63,863 bases of DNA, filler included, from Octopus bimaculoides (GCF_001194135.2; 6 parts of 6 records of this genome joined end to end with filler, not necessarily neighbours in it), one strand, 5' to 3'. Numbered from the whole stretch's first letter, positions 1-13,535 are shown. Notes: generated by a model from the sequence alone, not told the origin. Numbers and translations are program-made.

Positions 1-135
1 AAATGTGAAGACTATCATCTAGAAATGGAAAACTTTTTTTATTTTTACTATATGCACGTGTCATCATCATTATCACCACCAGAATTATCATCATCGCCGT
101 CATCATCATCGTCGTCGTCATCATCATCGTCGTCG

Positions 136-169
<34 letters not shown>

Positions 170-299
170 AAACATCATCATCATACCCATCACAAAACCT
201 CAACAGATTCAGCAATATCACCCTTATTTCAAGCATCGTCTATCTTATCAGCATTATTTTTATATCAACCGTCACGACGACCAGCAACCTCAGGAATAT

Positions 300-470
300 T
301 GAAGCTATCGCTCTTGTTGTTCAGGTTGCTGTTCAGTTCGAGGTCGACTGTGTCTTTCGTCCTTTCAATGTCAATAAAATAAGTACCAGTTGAACGCTGC
401 GCTCGTGTAATCGACTTCACCCCAACCCCGAAAATGCTGGTTTTCGCCAAAAATTGGAAACCATTATTAC
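300..470 (+). mobile_element. Degenerate SINE family A copy
   Basis: Shares gaggtcgac...ctttcgtcctttc...ataaaataagtaccagttga...gtaatcgactt...gccaaaaattggaaaccattatt with the copies at 7013, 10841, 53693 and 55192. Confidence 0.7.
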
Positions 471-1281
471 TGTTTTTTTTTTGTTTTTTGTTCTATCATC
501 AAAAATTATCAACACTTCCATACAGGTTTCTTCTGCACCACCTTGTGTACTTCCGTATTGCTGAAGTGTCTTTCTGTATGAAGCATTGTGTTTGAATACT
601 ACAATTGCTTTGTTATGGAGATCAACTTGGTCTTGCACTTGTTAACTTAGTTTTTGATATATTGCAAAGTGTATCATATTCTCTTATTCTATGCTATTTA
701 TTTGGTTGTGTAATAGTCTCTCATTTGTTTCCTAATGTTGTGGCAATGTTTTATTATAGGTTGATGTTTCTGTAAAGTATATAAAGATCACACGTTCTCT
801 CAGCTTCTATTTAAAAAAAACAGTATTATTAAAAGTATTCAAGCTGAGATCATTTCATCTGTTTTCTATAAGACCACGAATATCAACGGTCTCTGCTTTA
901 ATAAGTTAGGTTGAGTGATCCGCGGAAGATATGCCTCACATAACCTGGAGCTCGAGTAAATTCTGCATTCTCGACATTAATACTTGTTTTGCAAACAGAG
1001 ATGGAAGCAATGCCCAACAGAAGGCGAAAATACGGTCTTTTATATATGTGTGCGTATATATATATATATATGTATATATACACAAATATATATATATATA
1101 TAAGCAATGTTAATTCTCTAAATGAAGTATTAACAGTAACTGCACGATAAAGTGTAGTATATTGCCACTTAAGTGTGGCTGACCCCTAGGGGTGGATGTT
1201 ACTGTTGCTTTTAGCCCCAGGAGGACATCTCCACCAGCTGGCTTATCGACACACTACTGTGTCCTGTTTGCCAAGGGAAGT

Positions 1282-1345
1282 TATCCCTCCCACCATGATC
1301 TGTAGCATGGGTCCGTTCGTGCTACAGATCATGATGGGAGGGATA
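1282..1345. repeat. 26-bp inverted repeat / long hairpin
   Basis: tatccctcccaccatgatctgtagca (1282-1307) vs tgctacagatcatgatgggagggata (1320-1345): one mismatch; right arm runs into a gap. Confidence 0.9.
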
Positions 1346-3116
1346 NNNNNNNNNNNNNNNNNNNNNNNNNNNNNNNNNNNNNNNNNNNNNNNNNNNNNNN
1401 NNNNNNNNNNNNNNNNNNNNNNNNNNNNNNNNNNNNNNNNNNNNNNNNNNNNNNNNNNNNNNNNNNNNNNNNNNNNNNNNNNNNNNNNNNNNNNNNNNNN
1501 NNNNNNNNNNNNNNNNNNNNNNNNNNNNNNNNNNNNNNNNNNNNNNNNNNNNNNNNNNNNNNNNNNNNNNNNNNNNNNNNNNNNNNNNNNNNNNNNNNNN
1601 NNNNNNNNNNNNNNNNNNNNNNNNNNNNNNNNNNNNNNNNNNNNNNNNNNNNNNNNNNNNNNNNNNNNNNNNNNNNNNNNNNNNNNNNNNNNNNNNNNNN
1701 NNNNNNNNNNNNNNNNNNNNNNNNNNNNNNNNNNNNNNNNNNNNNNNNNNNNNNNNNNNNNNNNNNNNNNNNNNNNNNNNNNNNNNNNNNNNNNNNNNNN
1801 NNNNNNNNNNNNNNNNNNNNNNNNNNNNNNNNNNNNNNNNNNNNNNNNNNNNNNNNNNNNNNNNNNNNNNNNNNNNNNNNNNNNNNNNNNNNNNNNNNNN
1901 NNNNNNNNNNNNNNNNNNNNNNNNNNNNNNNNNNNNNNNNNNNNNNNNNNNNNNNNNNNNNNNNNNNNNNNNNNNNNNNNNNNNNNNNNNNNNNNNNNNN
2001 NNNNNNNNNNNNNNNNNNNNNNNNNNNNNNNNNNNNNNNNNNNNNNNNNNNNNNNNNNNNNNNNNNNNNNNNNNNNNNNNNNNNNNNNNNNNNNNNNNNN
2101 NNNNNNNNNNNNNNNNNNNNNNNNNNNNNNNNNNNNNNNNNNNNNNNNNNNNNNNNNNNNNNNNNNNNNNNNNNNNNNNNNNNNNNNNNNNNNNNNNNNN
2201 NNNNNNNNNNNNNNNNNNNNNNNNNNNNNNNNNNNNNNNNNNNNNNNNNNNNNNNNNNNNNNNNNNNNNNNNNNNNNNNNNNNNNNNNNNNNNNNNNNNG
2301 AACGTGTTCAAATGCCCGTGTTCACTGCGATATACACTACTGTCAACCTCAATAATTTATTATGTTTATGTAGTGACCATTAAATCAACAACATTGCTGG
2401 TCCACCAAGATATCTGCCAATGTTAAAAATTAATGTTAGCTACAGAATTATATATTTTGACAAAGTGAAAAGGACCGTAGTATTATTGTGTTGTCCTGAT
2501 ATGTAACTGAAACTGGTTATCAGAAAAGTTTCCCTGATAAATCCTTCGTATGTAAATAACCTTCACGCAAAGCTCACTTCATAAGATCATGGCTATATAA
2601 ATAGTTAATAATTAAAAAAAAAAATTCACTACCTGCTAGAGATAAAACCGAACGTTTTCATTTTCCCTATAGACGATAGATAGCTGCTTTCATTTTACTG
2701 CTGCTTCTGTTACGGTTGTTGTTATTGGTTATCAACCAGGCTATCTTTGAATGCGTAAGACCAATTACCGAAGATCTTCAGGCCATGATTACCACGTATG
2801 TCAACGAATAATTTTTTTCTGTGTGACATGTCCTTTCTAAATTGGCTAAGATAGCGAACCGTAGTTTCAGGGAGATTATGATTTTATTTTTAACAGATTG
2901 AAGTTAGATGTAGTGGCTCCATTACAAGCTTGTTAGAATGGCAGATACAATTTTTGGTTTCAGGTATTTGTGGAGGACTTTATCAATGAATGCTGTGGGT
3001 GGCACAATCGCTAAAGTGCCGGAGAAAACACCTGGCTCTCGTGAAATTTTCTATTTCCTTGGCACAAATATACGGTCTTGGGTTTATGGAAACCACTCCC
3101 CCGAAGTGTATTTGTT

Positions 3117-3279
3117 GGTGCAGGCGAGGCTGTGTTGTAAAAAGTGTGCTTCTCAAACGCATGGTTCCGGGTCAAGTCCAATGTTCGGCGCCTTGGGCAA
3201 GTAACCGGCAAAGCCTGGATCTGGTAGACGGAAACTGGAAAAAGCCCATTGTGTATATATGTATGTGTGTGTATATGTG

Positions 3280-3311
<32 letters not shown>

Positions 3312-3960
3312 TATNNNNNNNNNNNNNNNNNNNNNNNNNNNNNNNNNNNNNNNNNNNNNNNNNNNNNNNNNNNNNNNNNNNNNNNNNNNNNNNNNNNNNN
3401 NNNNNNNNNNNNNNNNNNNNNNNNNNNNNNNNNNNNNNNNNNNNNNNNNNNNNNNNNNNNNNNNNNNNNNNNNNNNNNNNNNNNNNNNNNNNNNNNNNNN
3501 NNNNNNNNNNNNNNNNNNNNNNNNNNNNNNNNNNNNNNNNNNNNNNNNNNNNNNNNNNNNNNNNNNNNNNNNNNNNNNNNNNNNNNNNNNNNNNNNNNNN
3601 NNNNNNNNNNNNNNNNNNNNNNNNNNNNNNNNNNNNNNNNNNNNNNTATATATATATATATATATAAATATACTTGTTTATTTACACACATATATATATA
3701 TATATATATATACATATATACATATATATATACATATATATATGTATGCGTGTGTCTTTGTCCCTCTCACCACAGTTAAACAACTGCTGTTGGTGTGTTT
3801 ACATCCCATTGACTTATAAGTTCAATAAGAGTGACTGAAGGGTTAAGTACAAGGCTTACAAAACAAATAGAAGTACCGGGGTCGATTCTTTTAACTAAAC
3901 TCCTTCAAAGCGGTGCCCCATCATGGTAACAGTCTCCTGACTGAAACAAATGAACGCTAT
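3117..3960 (+). mobile_element. SINE family B (tRNA-like head, internal microsatellite, body)
   Basis: Head ggtgcaggcgaggctgtg...ggttccgggtcaagtcc...gtagacggaaactgg (3117-3250), (TA/TG)n plus gap, body ttggtgtgtttacatccc...ggggtcgatt...tgactgaaacaa (3750-3960). Confidence 0.75.
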
Positions 3961-4370
3961 AATATAAATGATGTGGTGTTCATCTAGTGTATCATTATAT
4001 TAAGTTATTTACCGTGTCTCTAATACGCGGGATGTGGATTCTAGTAACTAAGGAGTTCCGCTGTATACTCACGTTATAACACAGACGACATCTTTTTATT
4101 TATATTTATCTACTTATTTTTCAAAGTGGGTGTTAAGCTCCATTCGCACGCCCGATAGAATCGATTCAACTACTGGGGTGTGTGAGGCGCTACTCCTACG
4201 CTCAACAGGTTATAATGAATGCGTGCCACCCACTAGCATCACGTCATAGTGTCTACCATTATCATTGATGTTAAATATTATAAAACCTCGTTACTGAACA
4301 CCTCAGCTTTCCATTGAATGTTAGTAATATGAATTCGATCATCATAGCCACCAGCATCACCCCCCCCCAT

Positions 4371-4402
<32 letters not shown>

Positions 4403-4707
4403 TCAGTATTATCATCATCGACAACACCTTTAACTTTCTACAGTAGTTTTCGACATCCCTTTTGAAATAGCTTTCGTTACCAACAGTATTTCTCCGTTCT
4501 ATATTGTCTTATAACAACACGTACTCCTTTATTATATACAGGTGTATGTGTGTGTGTGTATATGTATATATACATATGTGTACGCGCCTGTGAGTATATG
4601 CATATACATACACACGCACGCACGCGCACATGTGTGCACACACGCACAAACATAGTACACACTCACACATATATATACGCATGTATATACACATGCACAC
4701 AAACACA

Positions 4708-4743
<36 letters not shown>

Positions 4744-5300
4744 TATATACATATACGTGCGTATGTGTGTATCTCTGTGTCTTTGTGTGTGTATGTATGT
4801 GTCTATACACATATGTGTGTGTATATATNNNNNNNNNNNNNNNNNNNNNNNNNNNNNNNNNNNNNNNNNNNNNNNNNNNNNNNNNNNNNNNNNNNNNNNN
4901 NNNNNNNNNNNNNNNNNNNNNNNNNNNNNNNNNNNNNNNNNNNNNNNNNNNNNNNNNNNNNNNNNNNNNNNNNNNNNNNNNNNNNNNNNNNNNNNNNNNN
5001 NNNNNNNNNNNNNNNNNNNNNNNNNNNNNNNNNNNNNNNNNNNNNNNNNNNNNNNNNNNNNNNNNNNNNNNNNNNNNNNNNNNNNNNNNNNNNNNNNNNN
5101 NNNNNNNNNNNNNNNNNNNNNNNNNNNNNNNNNNNNNNNNNNNNNNNNNNNNNNNNNNNNNNNNNNNNNNNNNNNNNNNNNNNNNNNNNNNNNNNNNNNA
5201 TGTATGTATGTATGTATATGCGTACATCCCTATGACTATTTGCATCGCTCTTCCTCCTCTCTCTCTCTTTCTATCTCACTTTCTATCGATCCGCTATCCC

Positions 5301-5351
<51 letters not shown>

Positions 5352-5788
5352 TTATATGTATGTATGCGCATGTATGTATGCGCATGTGTGGGCGCATGTG
5401 TGGGCGCATGTCTGTGTATATGTGTAGAGTGAGTGTGTAAAATTCTGCATTTCAGTGTATATGCCTTTCTACAAGTACTTATACGATACACTATGATCAT
5501 TCCTCATAACTATCTACTTTATAATGAATAGCATCTGCATAATTCTTCATGAGTTTACGTATCACAGTATACGTGCGTGCATACAGGTGTAAATATATCG
5601 TATCTGATCTGAATGTTTGCAACGCACACCCATAACCACACTCACGCACATTTGTCTCACACACTTCTGATTGTGTGTGTGTGTGGGGGGGGGGTTCTAT
5701 GCGTTGGTATGATTATGCATTTAGATGTGAGCATACGTTAATCACTGTACATTCAATCGTTAATTAGACATCAACATTGAATATAATC

Positions 5789-5821
<33 letters not shown>

Positions 5822-6807
5822 NNNNNNNNNNNNNNNNNNNNNNNNNNNNNNNNNNNNNNNNNNNNNNNNNNNNNNNNNNNNNNNNNNNNNNNNNNNNNNN
5901 NNNNNNNNNNNNNNNNNNNNNNNNNNNNNNNNNNNNNNNNNNNNNNNNNNNNNNNNNNNNNNNNNNNNNNNNNNNNNNNNNNNNNNNNNNNNNNNNNNNN
6001 NNNNNNNNNNNNNNNNNNNNNNNNNNNNNNNNNNNNNNNNNNNNNNNNNNNNNNCATACATACATAAGATTTAATAGTTTCAGTATTTACAATTAAAATA
6101 TGAACCCCGATTTACCTGCTATGGTATATAGCGAAAACAAATCACTCAACAAAATCATAAACACATATGACCAAACGATTTATTTTGTATGTCGTTATTT
6201 TCCCGACATTCTTATACATTGCGTAAATAAATCAAGGCAAGGGATGTGGAAAAACTGTAATTCACAATTATATAGCTATAACCGTAGCAATTAATTTAGA
6301 TTATCAATATCACTGAATAGGTGTTTCGAGTCGACCGTTCTTTGATTTACAACACTTTCGATAAAATTTGCACAAAACTTATGATGGCGATTAAAATTAC
6401 GATTTATAGGACTCACTTAATGGTGGAAATATAAACTTGTTCGAAATTATATAGTTCTTAAAATGAATAAATTTAGTAATATAACGATATACACATATAT
6501 TTGAGTTTGAATTCATACATACAAACACACACAGACACACATATACACATAAATATTTATACATAAATACATACATATACATATGTATATATGCATATAA
6601 TCTTCTTTGAAAAAGCGACAGAAATAGGATAAAATACATGAGTATACATTTTTTCTGTCGATGATATATGCGCGTGTATTGCATACATGCACATACACAA
6701 ACACGCGCACAAACGCACACACACACGTATATATGAATATATGTGCGCATGTATGTATGTATGTCTGCCGGCATATCTGCATCTATGTATTGTTTTATGC
6801 ACTTTAG

Positions 6808-6909
6808 AAAAGTACATCGAGAGGTACCCATATAATAAAAGTTTATTTATAAAAGGTGGCTCAATACAAGAGTACATTTCTTCGAGGATACCTACTTTAA
6901 CAGCCAGGG
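6808..6909 (+). CDS. Candidate internal exon (phase 1-1), unassigned host gene
   Basis: ttttatgcactttag| acceptor, 102 nt open (KYIERYPYNKSLFIKGGSIQEYISSRIPTLTAR), AGGG|gtatgc donor; no recognised homology. Confidence 0.2.
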
Positions 6910-7012
6910 GTATGCAAGTGGGTATGCAGGTATATGCATGTTTGTACAAATATGAAATCGTTTATGCATGTATGCCTGTGGAATATATACGTGTACATAT
7001 ATACATTAATAC

Positions 7013-7210
7013 GGCGGCGAGCTGCCAGAATCATTAGCACGCCAGGCGAAATGCTTAGCGGTATTTCATCTGCCGCTGTTCTGAATTCAAATTCCACCAA
7101 GGTCGACATTGCCTTTCATCCTTTTGGGATCGATAAATCAAGTACCAGTTGGTGTAATCGACTATAACCTTTCCCCAAATTTCAGGCCTTGTGCCTGTAG
7201 TAAAAAAGGA
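7013..7210 (+). mobile_element. SINE family A, near full length
   Basis: ggcggcgagctgccagaatcattagcacgccaggcgaaatgcttagcgg...gaattcaaattccaccaaggtcgac...gtaatcgact...ggccttgtgcc. Confidence 0.85.
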
Positions 7211-7402
7211 TATACATATGTACAATATAATGATATCATGTACAGCATGTAAATATTTGGAAAAAACTACTTGGGTATAAACGTGTGTATGTGTATCTAT
7301 ATATATGTCCATNNNNNNNNNNNNNNNNNNNNNNNNNNNNNNNNNNNNNNNNNNNNNNNNNNNNNNNNNNNNNNNNNNNNNNNNNNNNNNNNNNNNNNNN
7401 NN

Positions 7403-7436
<34 letters not shown>

Positions 7437-8208
7437 TTTATTTATTTACAAACGCATACACTCACACATTTAATAACATCCCTCCATGAGCAATAGTCTA
7501 GTTCACACTTCAGAAAGAAATGGTAGACTATGATAACAAATGTCTACACATACCTTGTCTTATATGTATGCGTGTGGACTAATAGGTGTGTGTACACTCT
7601 GATGTGTACGTGTGTGTATGGTGGTGTGTCTCGTTTGTCTACAAGCGAGAAACCTTAAAATACCTTTTCATTTGAAAAAAGACGGTAAGGTGCATTTTGA
7701 TGTAAATTTCGTTGCCAAAATTTTAGGTCAAGTGACAGCATAGAAATTCCTTTGGTTTATGTGAGATTGTTTCTAACATCTCGTGTAAAAAAGTTGAAAC
7801 TTAAACTTGAAGAAACAGGTAGAATGATAATATTAAGTGTGACTGGCGGAAGGGAATCATGCAGGTATATATATATGAGAGAGTGTGAAAATGTGAGAAA
7901 GGAAGGCGATAAGATTGTGGTGTCTGAGAAAAATTGGGGCGGAAGAGAGAGGAATCCAATGTGGTTGGAAGGGGATCCTTCTGTATGAAAAAGAAATAGA
8001 GAAAGACAGAATGAGTAGTGAAAGGACAGAACAATGAGAAGTGATGCGGAGGGAGGAGGAACTGTTATCATAACGTAGAGGAGACTATGTCTATAAATGT
8101 ATTTTATTTATATGTCCATATATGTATGTGTGTTACTGTGCGTTGAGATAGAGACAGAGGGTGATATTGATTATTAGACAGAGAATGTGTGTGTGAGAGA
8201 GAGAGAGA

Positions 8209-8251
<43 letters not shown>

Positions 8252-8365
8252 TGCGGGAGAGAGAAAGAAACAAAGATTGTGTGCTTAACAAATGGAAACA
8301 TTTTAAAGAGAGAAAAAGAGAGGCGATATTGAAAGCAGTTCGTATTTGATATACAGTGATTCTTA

Positions 8366-8399
<34 letters not shown>

Positions 8400-8627
8400 T
8401 GTATGTATGTATATGTACATACATATAGAGAATATTTGCATATAGATACACATACACACATATATGCACACACGTAAGTTATAGAGAGAGATGGAGAGAA
8501 ACAGAGACATAGATGGAGGGAAATCTAGTAGTGAGAAAGTTATGTGGAGACAGAGTGTGTGTGTGAGTGACTGCGAATCATGGGAGTATAGATGATGATA
8601 GCCTTACCATAAATTTTACATCTATAG

Positions 8628-8657
8628 TAGACGTTGAGGATTTTGTACGTATTACAG
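8628..8657 (+). CDS. Candidate 30-nt microexon (phase 1-1)
   Basis: aattttacatctatag|TAGACGTTGAGGATTTTGTACGTATTACAG|gtaagt: consensus donor, frame-preserving, reads xDVEDFVRIT. Confidence 0.28.
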
Positions 8658-9175
8658 GTAAGTCTTATTATCACATATTATTTAACAAATTCTGAAGAAC
8701 TTAAAGAGTTTTACTTGAATAAAAAAAGAAATGGGATTCACGTATGTTGTTTGAGCATGCAGATGCATGTTCTTGTGTATATATATTTCGACGCGTCCTT
8801 TCAAATACCCTAGAAGATCAAAGGTTTGAGAACAGACCTCATATGTATATTATAATAATGGGTTCTTTGTAAATATCCGTATACATTTACGTTTACCAGA
8901 TGCATGAATAAGAAGCTTCCCAAAAAGTATCGTTCATCGAACATATATACGACAATAAGAGGTACAATGATACATTTATTGGTATATTGGTATCAATGGA
9001 AGTATGCGCGATAAAAAGAGAATGTGTGTTGTATATTTTTTTAAAAGTGCCTGTTGCTATATAGTATGAATAACTGAGTTAATACAGCACACAGGTGGTA
9101 AGATTAGCTTTGCGGAAGATTTCTTTCGTTAATTATTTCCGAGTGAATATAATGCATACATGCATGTAAACATTA

Positions 9176-9234
<59 letters not shown>

Positions 9235-10226
9235 NNNNNNNNNNNNNNNNNNNNNNNNNNNNNNNNNNNNNNNNNNNNNNNNNNNNNNNNNNNNNNNNNN
9301 NNNNNNNNNNNNNNNNNNNNNNNNNNNNNNNNNNNNNNNNNNNNNNNNNNNNNNNNNNNNNNNNNNNNNNNNNNNNNNNNNNNNNNNNNNNNNNNNNNNN
9401 NNNNNNNNNNNNNNNNNNNNNNNNNNNNNNNNNNNNNNNNNNNNNNNNNNNNNNNNNNNNNNNNNNNNNNNNNNNNNNNNNNNNNNNNNNNNNNNNNNNN
9501 NNNNNNNNNNNNNNNNNNNNNNNNNNNNNNNNNNNNNNNNNNNNNNNNNNNNNNNNNNNNNNNNNNNNNNNNNNNNNNNNNNNNNNNNNNNNNNNNNNNN
9601 NNNNNNNNNNNNNNNNNNNNNNNNNNNNNNNNNNNNNNNNNNNNNNNNNNNNNNNNNNNNNNNNNNNNNNNNNNNNNNNNNNNNNNNNNNNNNNNNNNNN
9701 NNNNNNNNNNNNNNNNNNNNNNNNNNNNNNNNNNNNNNNNNNNNNNNNNNNNNNNNNNNNNNNNNNNNNNNNNNNNNNNNNNNNNNNNNNNNNNNNNNNN
9801 NNNNNNNNNNNNNNNNNNNNNNNNNNNNNNNNNNNNNNNNNNNNNNNNNNNNNNNNNNNNNNNNNNNNNNNNNNNNNNNNNNNNNNNNNNNNNNNNNNNN
9901 NNNNNNNNNNNNNNNNNNNNNNNNNNNNNNNNNNNNNNNNNNNNNNNNNNNNNNNNNNNNNNNNNNNNNNNNNNNNNNNNNNNNNNNNNNNNNNNNNNNN
10001 NNNNNNNNNNNNNNNNNNNNNNNNNNNNNNNNNNNNNNNNNNNNNNNNNNNNNNNNNNNNNNNNNNNNNNNNNNNNNNNNNNNNNNNNNNNNNNNNNNNN
10101 NNNNNNNNNNNNNNNNNNNNNNNNNNNNNNNNNNNNNNNNNNNNNNNNNNNNNNNNNNNNNNNNNNNNNNNNNNNNNNNNNNNNNNNNNNNNNNNNNNNN
10201 NNNNNNNNNNNNNNNNNNNNNNNNNN

Positions 10227-10263
<37 letters not shown>

Positions 10264-10568
10264 TGTGCAAGTATGCGCGTATCAAACTTTACTAAAGTTT
10301 TAAAATTATGTACTACACTAAAAGTTTGAACAATCCTTTAGTTTAACGTCTATTTATTTACACACTCACACAGTCACACACACACTCACATACTCACACA
10401 CACACATCACACACGTATACATATATGATTGTACATGTATGTGTGTGTGTGTATATATTCCTCAGTTCAAACATTACTGCATTACACCCGCATATGTACA
10501 CAATCATATGTTTATTTATGTATCTATCTATTTATCTATCCCTATTTTTCTATCTCTCTATCTTTATG

Positions 10569-10604
<36 letters not shown>

Positions 10605-10840
10605 TATACATATATATATACATACACACGCATATATATATTTATACATACAAATGCGTGTATGTGTGTGCGTATGTGTATGTATATATATATCCGCACA
10701 CACACACACATACAGATACATAAACGTGTGTATTTGTTAATGTGTGTGTGTGTGTGTGTGCTTGTGTATGTGTGTGTGCGTTTAATTTTGTGATTGTATG
10801 TGTAGTAGCTTGATTATATATTAATGTCTATATTTACAAA

Positions 10841-11020
10841 GGCGATGAACTTGCAGAATCATTAGCACACCGGGCAAAATTGCTTAGTGGCATTACGTTG
10901 AGAGTTCAAATCCCGCCGAGGTCGACTTTGCCTTTCATCCTTTCGGGGTCGAGAAAATATCGATTGAATTGTCTTACCCACTTCCCAAAATTGCTGGCTT
11001 GTGCCAAAATTAGAAACAGA
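10841..11020 (+). mobile_element. SINE family A
   Basis: ggcgatgaacttgcagaatcattagcacaccgggc...gagttcaaatcccgccgaggtcgactttgcctttcatcctttcggggtcg...gtgccaaaattagaaac. Confidence 0.85.
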
Positions 11021-11096
11021 TATATATTTATGTATATGTGAGGAACGTTTGTGCAATTACACATACAAGAAAGTGAATACGCACGTGAGCGTATCT

Positions 11097-11150
11097 GTGT
11101 GTGCCAATATATGTACTCGTTTGTGTGCCAATATATGTACTCGTCTGTGT
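11097..11150. repeat. 24-bp minisatellite, about 2.3 units
   Basis: tgtgtgccaatatatgtactcgt repeated twice, followed by a partial unit. Confidence 0.8.
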
Positions 11151-11689
11151 GCCTGTCGTTGTTACCTTATTGCACCGTGAACGATTTTGCGTCTTATGTT
11201 TACGGGATCGATAAATAAAATACCTGTTCAACATTGAGGTCGATGTAATCGAATTCACACTCCTCTCAATATTTGTGCTGTAGTAGTAAGTCTGTGAGTT
11301 ATCAGTCTTTTGCACGTCTGAGAAGGTACATATCTGTATTCTTTCAGGTTTTACGTTCTGAGTTCAAATTCCACAGATCCTTTCGAGGTCGCTGCCTACC
11401 TCTGCGCTGTTGTCGAAATAATCGACTGGCCCTTTCCCTCAAAATTTCGAGTGTTGTGTCTACAGTAGAAAGAAATATTGTTTTTGTTGTTTAAACCTGG
11501 TTAAACGTTAAGCATATCCGGCATTTCGTTACTAACTATCTCATTCGAATTTTATATTTTTTCTTTTTTATTTAAGTATAAGCTTGTCTGAAAAAGTTTT
11601 GACGTGTATATCTAGCAAATTAAACAAACTCATAGTTTTATTTCTCATCAAGACAAAATTCGTGTTCTTAATGAATAGTAATATTCAAA

Positions 11690-13000
11690 TGGCAGAATTG
11701 TTAGCCCGCCGAGCAAAATGCTTTGTGGCTTTTCGTACGTCTTTAAGTTCTGAGTTCAAATACCAGCGAAGTTGAGTTTGCTTTCATCACTTACGTATCG
11801 ATAAAATAGGTACCAGTTAAGCGTTGGTATCGGTTTAATCGAGTAACCCCTCCTTGTAAAATTACTGGCCTTGTGCCAAATTTGAAACCATTGTTATAAA
11901 GCGGTGAGCGGACAGATTCATTAGCATGTTGAACAAAATGCTTAACTTCATTTCTTCTGGCACTTTACATTCAGAGTTTAATTTCAGTCGATGTTGTGTT
12001 TGCCTATCATCCTCTCGGAGTCGATAATATGGAGTATCAGTCAAGAATCGGTATACTTTACTAGAGTACCAGCCATGTGTAATTGACTTTCACTCTCCTC
12101 TCTGGCTCGCTAGCTTTGTGTCAAAATTAGAAATAATTAAAATCATTAATAAGGTGGCAGAATCGTTAGCGAGCCAGACAAAGTGTTGAGTGTCATTTCT
12201 TCCGGGTTTACATTTTGAGTTCAACTTTCGTCAAGGTGAACTTTGCCTCTCATCCTTTCCGGAACGATAAAATAAAGTACCAGTCAAATGTTGAAGTCAA
12301 AGTAATAGACTTACCCCTTTTCCTCAAAATTGTATACCTTGTCGCAAGATCAAAAAGTTTAAGTATCATTATTATATAATGCAACGTGCTGGCAAGATTA
12401 TTAGCGCGTTAGAATAAATACCTAGCAGCATTTCTTGTGGCTCTTTACATTCTCACTTTCACTTCTACCGAGGTCGACTATGATTTTCATCCTCTCAGAT
12501 TTCATAAAATAGAATACCAGTCGAGTACTGGGGTTGATGAAACTGTGATGACCTTGTACCAAAATTAGAAAAAAAAATAGTTATTATTAAGGTCACAAGA
12601 TTATAATATCGTTTGCGCATCGAACAAATTGTTTAACAATTCTTCCAGCTCTCTCATCAACCACCTTTCGTGATTGCCGAAATAGAGTAGACTTCAATTT
12701 CTATGGTTGATGTAATCGCCTTGCACACTCCCCGCAAAACATTAGCCTTTGTGCCAATTTTAGAAAAGAATGTTCATTATTAGGAAAACGACGTCGGTAT
12801 AGTGGAAACTTTAAGCTTCAAAATAATGTATAGTCATATGTTCCGGCTCTTTACTTTGAGAGTCCAAATCAGCGAGACCGAATTGCCTTTCAGCCTTACG
12901 GGGATGATGAAATATGTACCATAGAACACTGGGGTCAATGTAATCGAGGTACCCACTCAACCGAAATTGTTGGATTTGTGCCAAACACTGATATCATTAC
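11690..13000 (+). mobile_element. Head-to-tail array of about 6 diverged SINE-A copies
   Basis: Units start near 11690, 11899, 12151, 12381, 12589 and 12790; each has ggcagaat/ttagc head, gagttcaa, tcatcct, gtaatcg and gtgccaaa motifs and an ATT-rich tail. Confidence 0.8.
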
Positions 13001-13341
13001 TATTGTTGTTGCTGCTGTCATTATTATTACAATGCAAAGATCGATTTTACCTTTCATTCTTTCAAAGTGACAAGTTCAACAAGCATAGTTCTGCAGTGTT
13101 TACAAATTCGCAGTAGCCCACAGCATGGAGGGGCTCTGAGTGGACAAAGTCAGAAAGACGCTTATAAATACCAAGTTAATATATTAAATGTAGTAACTGG
13201 GGAAGTAGAAAACTCGACTTAAGCAAGCCACGCCCATTCCTTAAATTCAAGAAAAATAGAAAGAAAATATCAGCTGTAATAACTAAACCAAGATGTTAGA
13301 AGGCGTTATAGACAAATTCAGTTGATGAATATGTAGGCTAT

Positions 13342-13389
<48 letters not shown>

Positions 13390-13497
13390 AACAATCATTG
13401 CCAGCATCTCTTACTTCTTTGGAGTAGAGTGCATATCATTTTTTAAACATATGTAGGAATTAAAAGAACTTATTGATTATATGCGTTTTGCTCCATT

Positions 13498-13530
<33 letters not shown>

Positions 13531-13535
<5 letters not shown>

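Noticed and set aside
500-1040. Minus-strand LINE linker or endonuclease remnant
   Set aside because: Coding-like but with many stops and no diagnostic motif I can identify
11690-13000. CRISPR-like array
   Set aside because: Eukaryotic context; units are whole diverged SINEs with no constant short repeat or unique spacers; no cas genes
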